A stretch of DNA of 64,000 bases from Eledone cirrhosa (lineage: Eukaryota), in contig OZ024747.1 of NCBI GenBank assembly GCA_964016885.1, positions 30,256,001 through 30,320,000 on the forward strand, given 5' to 3'. The notes below the pieces were generated by a model. The model ran no database searches. It was not told the DNA's origin and worked only from the letters and a program-made list of their open reading frames with translations. Below are positions 60,601-64,000 of this stretch, one piece after another. The first letter of the stretch is position 1. Every line of letters starts with the position of its first letter. The translations under genes were made by a program, and so were the position numbers.

Positions 60601-62097
60601 TGTACACCTCATAGCCCCAAAATGGGTGCGACTGCCCGTGCCTCGGAGATTCTGGTCTCGCTGGTGGCCACTGCATCTATGTTTAGCGACCTGAGATCGT
60701 TGAGCAGGTGGCCCTGCTTCCAAGATGTCCCCAGGCCACGTGCATTTATGCTACCTATCCTGAGAGAAGCCATGTTGGCTAGGATAGGAGGAAAACAAGC
60801 GAGAAGGGAAAAGTAAAAAAAAAATTTTACCTGTGGCTCTTTTTTAGGAAGGGGGTGGGTGATCCATCCCTCCGACCAGTGGCGGGTTTCTCCACGAGAA
60901 TGTCTGTGAATATTCTTTTAGTGATGTTCTCTCGGTAGTCTCCAATTGATGTGGGGAACATTTTTTTATGTCATGTAATTTTTTGGGGTGATTTCTATTA
61001 TTTTTATGTGTGTGGGGGTGCAATTTTGGTGGTCTGTATGTAGTTTGTTTCTGTGATGTTGGTGTGGTGTTGAATGTAATTTAAAAGCTTTGTGTTGTCT
61101 GTGTCTATGGCTGTGTATTGTGTCTGCTGTTGGGATATTGGTGCTTTCTGTGTTTGCTGTAATGTTGTTGGAGGTGACGATGGGATAGATGCTAATGGTG
61201 GCGGTGGTGGTGTTGGTGGTGTTGGTGGTGGTGGTGATGGTGTAGGTCGATGTGGGTGTGTGGCTGTTGATAGTGGTATTGGAGGTGAGGTAGTTTTCAT
61301 TTTCTTTTTTTGGTTTCTTTCTTCCTCTTTTTTTTTGGGGGGGGGGGGCGAAGGTAGGGAGTTCTTTTTTTTTTTTGCTGGGATGGTTTCCATCCTTCGG
61401 CCTCATCACACTCCTTGTCCGATTTAGAAACATCGGGAAGGGGCATGTTCTCCATTGGTTCTATTGGTGGTAGAGGAGATGGTATTTTTGTTGTTGGTGA
61501 TAGCGATTTTTCTTCTCCCACTGTGGTCTTGGTTGGTTTGTCCACCCCAGTCGCGAGGCACGGCGTCTATCACATCAGGGATGGCCTCGATGCTCTCATG
61601 GTCTGCTTGGATGATTAGTTCCATCCCCGACCCTGTCCAATGCTCCTGTCTTATCTACATGACGTCCATGATAATTGTTGAGTCCTCGACGTTAGCGAGG
61701 ACAGCCACCATCAGTCATGCAATCTCCACTGATGGCGGGACCTGAGTTACTCAAACCCTCACGACTCTCTGACCACAGTATGTGGGCATCATTATTATTT
61801 TGTCACTGCGCAGTGGCGCAATGGAGTGTGCTCTGGCTTTTTCCGGTGTAGCAAAGAGCACATCCCCAGTGCCATACTTCGATCCTCGGGCTATGTATGT
61901 TTTCTGAGCCCAAACGGCACCCATATTGTTGATCCTTGTAATGCTACTGCTGCTCTTGTCACCACCACTGCCACTGTTGCTGTTGTTGTCACCGCCACTG
62001 TGGCTGTTGCTGCTTCTCTTGTTCTTGTCTCTGCCTTGTGATTGGACGGAATCGGCTGTTACACCCTCCGGACGACCCGCTGTTCCTCCCTGTGGAT

Positions 62098-62098
<1 letters not shown>
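57641..62098 (-). mobile_element. Tx1/L1-clade LINE, near full length but decayed (ORF1 remnants, APE endonuclease, RT, CCHC-like finger, (TAA)n tail)
   Basis: The endonuclease starts at ~60773 (MASLRIGSINARGL...ETR). RT has GKSP.LDGL, ITLLNTEFKILAKVLAKRL, LDQSKAFNRVNH and RSVRQGCPLS.LLYVLTLEPL; the C-terminus has CLRC.QGNETILHALVQC. Frameshifts and an internal endonuclease deletion. Confidence 0.92.
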
Positions 62099-62144
<46 letters not shown>

Positions 62145-63600
62145 TTTCTTTATTAACCACAAGGGTTTACATAAAGTAGACATTAAGGACAGTGCAGGAC
62201 AATACAGGACGGTACAAATGGGCATTTCTGGGAAATCCAATCGGTACCTGTCAGACAGTTCAAAACGCCTGAGCAGGTTGGTGAGGCTCTCGCACCCTCC
62301 ACCCCTATCCGCTAATCCCACACAGTCCCAGCGTGCATCTAAGATCCCGTTCCAGTCGCCCACTAACACTAAAGAGCGGGACGTTTCAAGAAAGGTCTCC
62401 AGACGCCGGAAGAAATCAGGGGCCGCCCTGCTCCTGTCGGGGCATAGACGGCCACTAGCCTGAAAGCTTGCCCGTCTCCGCTGGTCACGTCCAGCACCAC
62501 CAGCTTACACTCTGGGTCCAGGAAGATGGCCCGTATGGCGAGATCCAAACCTCTCCGAAAAAGCACAGCAACTCCTCCCCCCGATCCAGGACGGCTGGGA
62601 GATGCGTACACATCGTAGCCGCCGAAGATCGGTGCGAAGGACCGTGCTTCGGAGATTCTGGTCTCGCTGATGGCCACTACATCTATGTTTAGTGACCTGA
62701 GGTCGTTGAGCAGGTGACCCTGCTTCCATGACGACCCCAAGCCACGCGCATTTATGCTGCCTATTCTGAGTGAGGTCATGTTTAAAATAGAGTGGAAAAG
62801 ATGGGAAAGACCACTTACCGTACTTTTCGTAGAGGAGGGATGGTTTTTACATCCCTTTTCACTTGATCGTTGAATCGTCCCTTCAGCTGGTCGTCGGCTC
62901 TTCTATGAGTATGTCCGAATATACTCTTCGATTGATAGTTCCTCCTAGGTCCCTGAAATCACCAACTGCGTTGGGGAATTTCGTTTTAATGTTTGTGTAT
63001 TGTTTCTGTGCTATTTTTAGCAGTCTTATGTTAGTTGGCGTTTTGATTGGTGCTGGTATTATGTAGTCGTGTTGTGAAATGTCTGTGTGTTCAATTATGT
63101 AAGTCATTAGTTTCTTGTTGTGTGTATTTATTGCCGTGCATTTGTTTTTCTGGGGGTGGGGTGTGGTTCTGCTATTTTCTTGTCGTTGTTGCTGCTACTG
63201 CTATTATTCATGACGTCAGACGAATGAAATGGCTTTCCGTATTTACCACACACATTATTCGTCGTTGTCGTCGTCGTGGAGAAATGTTCCTCGGTTTGCA
63301 CGTGCTCAAGGAAAGTATCAGAAACTATATTTTTCTTTTTCTTTACTGGCGTCGCTTGCGAAAGAAACGGGAGGGAGAGAGAGAGACAATCCTCTCTCTG
63401 GTGTAGTGACGATTGAGGAAGAAGAAGACGGAATGAGTGGGAGTGACTTGTGAAAATTCTTTTTTGTAGCCATGTTTTTTTGTTTTTTAAAAATGAATAT
63501 TGGGCACAAAACCCCAATAAGCGGCTATTTAACCACTCAGGGCCAAATAACAGGCAGAAAGACCCCTCTCGCGAGGAGGAGGGTGTTTTTTTTATCTACA
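62099..63600 (-). mobile_element. Second Tx1-clade LINE, internally deleted (endonuclease joined directly to the 3' end)
   Basis: ORF 62369..62779 (MTSLRIGSINARGL...SETR...VAVYAP) and LVGDWN. At ~62230 the sequence switches to the same 3' terminus as 57670-57757. Confidence 0.88.
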
Positions 63601-63692
63601 ATTTGGTTAAAGTTTTAAACAATTTACAATTGTTATAGCGGTTAAAAATTACTGTACCTTACAGAGCCGAGCCTCTGTCAACCATGGCATTC

Positions 63693-63785
63693 AATAATAA
63701 TAATAATTGTTTCTAGTTTTGGCACAAGGCCAGCAATTACCCAGTGTATTACTGGTACTTTATTTTATCAACCCCATAAGGATGA
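63693..63785 (-). mobile_element. 5'-truncated SINE adjoining a third Tx1 tail
   Basis: SINE 3' part on the minus strand with (TAA)n. Confidence 0.85.
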
Positions 63786-63787
63786 TA

Positions 63788-64000
63788 AAATAATAATAAT
63801 AATAATGGTTTCTTTATTGGCCACAAGTTCTAACATGAAGTAAAACATTAGAGACGGCACAGAACAGTACAGGAAGATACAAAGTGGGTTTTGGCCGTGT
63901 AAAAAAAAAAAGGTTATAACAAGGAGACAGAAATATCAAAAAAATTCAAACAACAAAAGTTCCCCAATAAGGGGGAAACTTCCAAGGGCAAAAACCACAC
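63788..64000 (-). mobile_element. 3' end of a third Tx1-clade LINE (continues beyond the window)
   Basis: (TAA)n-tttctttattggccacaag...ttccccaata.gggg..acttcc, similar to 57641-57840. Confidence 0.8.

Overview
AT-rich animal genomic DNA made almost entirely of repeats. The (TA)n/(CA)n density, a tRNA-derived SINE with a ...TTTGCCTTTCATCCTTACGGGGTCGATAAAATAAAGTACCAG core, and RTE and Tx1 LINEs suggest an octopod cephalopod (inference). I found no intact host gene; one 92-bp candidate exon is weakly supported, and most ORFs in the track are microsatellite artefacts. The window holds at least six decayed Naiad-type Penelope-like elements (CxC-x5-C-x5-C motif plus GIY-YIG), Neptune-type Penelope fragments, several RTE-type LINE pieces, a head-to-tail stack of Tx1-clade LINEs (57.6-64 kb), about 10 SINE copies and a complete-looking 1175-bp non-autonomous Helitron. 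The main signal is non-coding: about 14 type I hammerhead ribozyme motifs (CTGANGA...GAAA-short palindrome-TH, closed by stem I) from several distinct families. They include a closely spaced pair that could excise a ~196-nt RNA, variants with 45-115-nt stem II extensions, one whose core was rebuilt by a SINE target-site duplication, and one at the junction of a ~720-bp tandem repeat. Many palindrome, inversion and tandem-duplication breakpoints fall inside these ribozymes or next to (TA)n tracts. All motifs were read and paired by eye; no folding or database search was run.
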